From Babesia bigemina (taxonomy: Eukaryota): a stretch of 64,000 nt of DNA. The notes under the pieces were generated by a model. The model saw nothing but the letters and a program-made list of their open reading frames with translations, was not told where the DNA came from and made no database searches. Below are positions 60,705-64,000 of this stretch, one piece after another. Where the stretch lies: positions 248,001-312,000 of the forward strand of contig NC_027217.1 of assembly GCF_000981445.1 (NCBI RefSeq). Reading direction: 5' to 3'. The translations under genes and the position numbers were made by a program. The first letter of the stretch is position 1, and every line of letters begins with the position of its first letter.

Positions 60705-61879
60705 TGAGTAATCGAGATGTAACAACTCGTTTGGTAATTACAAACTTTAATAGTCAGTTCATGTTTGTCACTTGTTTTGTGTCTCCAGTAGCATCATAGG
60801 TTTTTGTTGAAATTACTGTAGTTCCAAATCCAATGGCATTTTTTAGTCATTATAACTTCTGTGTAAAAGGTAATGCCTAATTACTAGATAGAAATGAAAA
60901 TACGTCTCATTTCTTCGTTATACACTTTCTCCTGTATAAACTGGGAAGGTGGGCTGCTACCATTTCCATGCATGGTCGCAATTCCAAACACTGACAACGC
61001 CCCTAATACGTAGCAATGAGTAATACCTGGTGATTAGCGATGGACGACACTTATTTCACCGATGTTGATGAGCGACCACCATTCGGTATTTGGCCGTGTC
61101 GAACAATGGGTTGCGAAACAGACGCCTAGTGCCTTAACTCATCGTCATGTGCTCACTATAGATTCTATGTGATGTTATGTAATGTTGCAGTAAGTCACAT
61201 TGGTAAATGCAAACCGCGACTGTATCGGTGCTACCCAACTCAGTAACAGTCCACAGATTGATGGGATAGTTAACAACAAAAGCTTGAATTCCTCGTATCA
61301 AGATGTTAATCAGTAACACGATGATAATCGTGTTGGAAAAGGGGTGAGCTCTAGATGTCGGTGAAGGCGTTCAGGAAAGCTCAGTTCAACAGGGGGTTAG
61401 ACACCATCACGGTTGGGATTTGAAGTTCAGTGTAACATCGAGTGATACAGTATTAACAACAAAACGTTATGTGAGACGCTATGCATAGTATTGTCATCAT
61501 TTCTAATTTGAGAAAACAAAATAACCTGCTGAAGTGAGACGCCGTTTTTTGGTAGCATAGCATGCGTGCCGGATGACAGGTGGGGCCAATAATCCAGCAG
61601 CATCGCAATCATTTTAATGATCCATCATGAAGGCAACATAGGCAGTTATTAATGCAGCTCGTCCATTATATAGGGGGTCTAAGAACCTGTAATACATTTA
61701 CTCAGGTATATGTGAGGCAAGGTAAGCAATCTACATATACCCCCCCTATGGGACTGGTATCTCTGTACTGCATGACACGCGGCTGTGGTATAGCTGCCGG
61801 CAGACGGGTGTCAATGGCCTGGCCCTGCAAGAATGGGCTGGCAGTTGCAGCGGTAAGGACACGTGGTTCATGGTTGCAG

Positions 61880-62390
61880 GTTGGTGAGTGCGTTGCTGAG
61901 GTGATTGATATGTTTGCAGGTTGAGGGGACTGGGAGCGGCAGTGGTAGTGTTGCAGTTGGTGGGTGCTGCTTGAGTGATTGATGTTAGCTGGTTGAGGGG
62001 ACTGGGAGCGGCAGTGGTAGTGTTGCAGTTGGTGAGTGTTTGCATAGGTGATTGATATGTTTGCAGGTTGAGGGGACTGGGAGCGGCAGTGGTAGTGTTG
62101 CAGTTGGTGGGTGCTGCTTGAGTGATTGATGTTTGCAGGTTGAGGGGAGTGGGAGCGGCAGTGGTACGTGTTGTAGTAGGTGAGTGTTTGCATAGGTGAT
62201 TGATATGTTTGCAGGTTGAGGGGACTGGGAGCGGCAGTGGTAGTGTTGCAGTTGGTGGGTGCTGCTTGAGTGATTGATGTTTGCAGGTTGAGGGGAGTGG
62301 GAGCGGCAGTGGTACGTGTTGTAGTAGGTGAGTGCGTTGCTAGGTGATTGATATGTTTGCAGGCTGAAGGGACTGGGAGGGGAGCGGGAA
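61880..62390 (+). repeat. G/T-rich tandem array: 7 units alternating 72 and 75-76 bp (147-148-bp higher-order dimer)
   Basis: GAGGGGA(C/G)TGGGAGCGGCAGTGGTA core at 61923, 61995, 62070, 62142, 62218, 62290, and degenerate at 62366. Confidence 0.95.
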
Positions 62391-62392
62391 AG

Positions 62393-62854
62393 ATGGGTAA
62401 TTGGTGGGAGCGGTGTGACTGTGGTAGAGGATGTACGTCAAACAATTGCTATTGCTGCTACATGTGTTGTAGAAAATGTAATCCAGTATGTTTTAAATGT
62501 CGCAAGTTCACGCAAGATCGCCGAAGTGGATTCGCCAGCTGCGATCCTAAGGGATGTACAGAGTGTGACAGAAGCAGATGTGAATGTTACTGTTGTAACG
62601 ATAGACGCTATAATGCTCGTTCTCTTGCTTCGTTCAGTCAACAGCATTCCCCCGGTTCCTCCGGTTCCTCCTCTTCCCCCAGTCTTCAGCCTCACACCTC
62701 CGGTCAACAGCCATCAGCCGTCACCTCTGACTCACCATCCTCCCCCGCCCCTTACATCATCGTCCCCGTAGCCCTCATCATCGTCGTCATCTGCGTCATG
62801 ATCTACTTCCGCATTCGGCCGTTCCACAGGGTGCGGTATCTACTGCGCAGCTAA
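62393..62854 (+). CDS. Small Cys-rich single-pass membrane protein (Cys-rich domain, Ser/Pro stalk, TM, short basic tail)
   Basis: MGNWWERCDCGRGC...CECYCC, S/P-rich linker, YIIVPVALIIVVICVMIYF TM, RIRPFHRVRYLLRS tail. Confidence 0.6.
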   Translation: MGNWWERCDCGRGCTSNNCYCCYMCCRKCNPVCFKCRKFTQDRRSGFASCDPKGCTECDRSRCECYCCNDRRYNARSLASFSQQHSPGSSGSSSSPSLQPHTSGQQPSAVTSDSPSSPAPYIIVPVALIIVVICVMIYFRIRPFHRVRYLLRS

Positions 62855-63421
62855 TCACAATAACCTAACTGCCAACTGACATCTAATGTTGTAGACAGAG
62901 TAGTGATTGCGTTGATCACCGATCACATGAGCAGCGAGGTTACCAGGCACCTGACCTAGTGAGTGACCAAGCACCTGAGCTAGTTACTGGCCGAGCAGCT
63001 GACATACCGCCTCACCTAAGGTCTAATCAAATGTCCGTATTCACCGCACCGTCTACATCCACATTCCTTGTAGACAACGCCCCTCTCCTATCATGCTCCA
63101 CCCCCTCACTCCAGTATGGCTGCCTTTCCTTGTCGCCTTCCCTCCTCAGGTGAGTGGTGTGTCTATAGGATTCTTGTGATGGTTCGTGGATTTAGCAATA
63201 TGGTTTAGGCATGTCATTGTATAAGTATGATGCGTATTAGTGTTATTCAGCGTCTCACTTCATAGCCCTTTCACTCAGCACACTTAGTTGTCTGCCCTGC
63301 TGTACTAAGCAGTGTCACCTTAGAGGTGTGATCACTCTAGTGATTCCCGGTTCACATGGTTATGGAGGCTGGCAGTGGTGATTTGTAGGAGTGGGTTAGA
63401 GGGTGATTTGAAGTGTACAGG

Positions 63422-64000
63422 ATGGCGGTCAAGGGTACTCCTGTGGTCGCGGCACATGGAGTTCCACTCAAGACTCTAAAGGACTGTCTCCAGTTCCTGG
63501 AGTGGTTGAAAAATCGTACCGACGTGCAAAGCAGCGTGGCTAATCGACTGAAAAGGCTGCTCGAAAAAATGTATACAAAGGTTGATCAACGGCAAATTGA
63601 ATCTGCATTGGCTCAATTTCTGAACCATATATCGACGTTTTACCATAAATTATGCAATGGAGCAGAAAAGATCATAAATAAACCAAGAACCGCAAAAAAT
63701 GCCCTAAATGCTCTCTTTGAGTGTATTCCAAAGGTTTTATCCGTGATGTATTTTTTTAGATACCATGTAGATGAAGGTTTCAAGGCTCTTGGCGGAGGAG
63801 GTTGGGCAGATAAGGGAGTTGGAGTGGTTGCAAGTTACGCTAATCTCGGTTTACAGTTAAGTACATATATGAAATTTGCCACTGATATTGATAAATATCT
63901 TATTGAGAAAAACTATACAGCAACATACGGTGTCATCCCCGGAGGATTCGCCTCTGATGAGTTAAAGCCAGATTACCAGGGTAAGTATCCCCAGGGTAAA
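63422..64000 (+). CDS. ves: ves-like variant erythrocyte surface antigen family gene (ves2-type N-terminus), 3'-truncated
   Basis: Open to window end: MAVKGTPVVAAHGVPLKTLKDCLQFLEWL...ECIPKVLSVMYFFRYHVD...LGGGGW...YGVIPGGF, typical of Babesia VESA-related proteins. Confidence 0.75.
   Translation, partial: MAVKGTPVVAAHGVPLKTLKDCLQFLEWLKNRTDVQSSVANRLKRLLEKMYTKVDQRQIESALAQFLNHISTFYHKLCNGAEKIINKPRTAKNALNALFECIPKVLSVMYFFRYHVDEGFKALGGGGWADKGVGVVASYANLGLQLSTYMKFATDIDKYLIEKNYTATYGVIPGGFASDELKPDYQGKYPQGK

Noticed and set aside
61702..62445. 247-aa minus-strand repetitive ORF, and the array as a possible CRISPR
   Set aside because: The ORF is a read-through of the tandem repeat with shifting frames. 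The array has no unique spacers, there are no cas genes and the host is eukaryotic.
63190..63410. GGTTTAG/GGGTTAG telomere-like words
   Set aside because: Isolated single copies, not a tandem array.

Overview
Eukaryotic, intron-containing DNA from a piroplasmid apicomplexan, most likely Babesia (B. bigemina-like). Support: ~35-nt GT-AG introns, apicoplast-targeted genes, s48/45 6-Cys-like genes and a ves-like gene. The first ~36.5 kb is very GC-rich, densely packed housekeeping DNA. It holds an OHA-domain protein, UNC-45, GPR89-like, mito-S6, eL42, a SYCP2-like protein, a metacaspase, SEY1, SWC6, DIM1, PP2A-A, ALAD/HemB, stromal processing peptidase (SPP), a B-box protein, RPAC2, apicoplast LysRS, prefoldin 2 and a PH-domain protein. 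GC then falls, through two oppositely oriented 6-Cys-like paralogues, V-ATPase B, a BRCT protein, eIF3f, tRNA-Ser(UGA), ZNF593, a CCCH protein and an MLO-like/EF-hand membrane protein. The window ends in a variant-antigen-type region: a tandem repeat, a Cys-rich TM gene and a ves-like gene. The main highlight is a HemB that has lost its Schiff-base lysine (K->E). It is nested in a predicted 1.6-kb intron of SPP, and the two proteins appear to share one apicoplast leader by alternative splicing. Other highlights are an MLO-like candidate Ca2+ channel, a SYCP2-like axis protein, a Cys-less metacaspase, a PARP-fold/B-box protein and a tandem array of exon-intron cassettes. All family assignments are by-eye motif recognition, not database searches.
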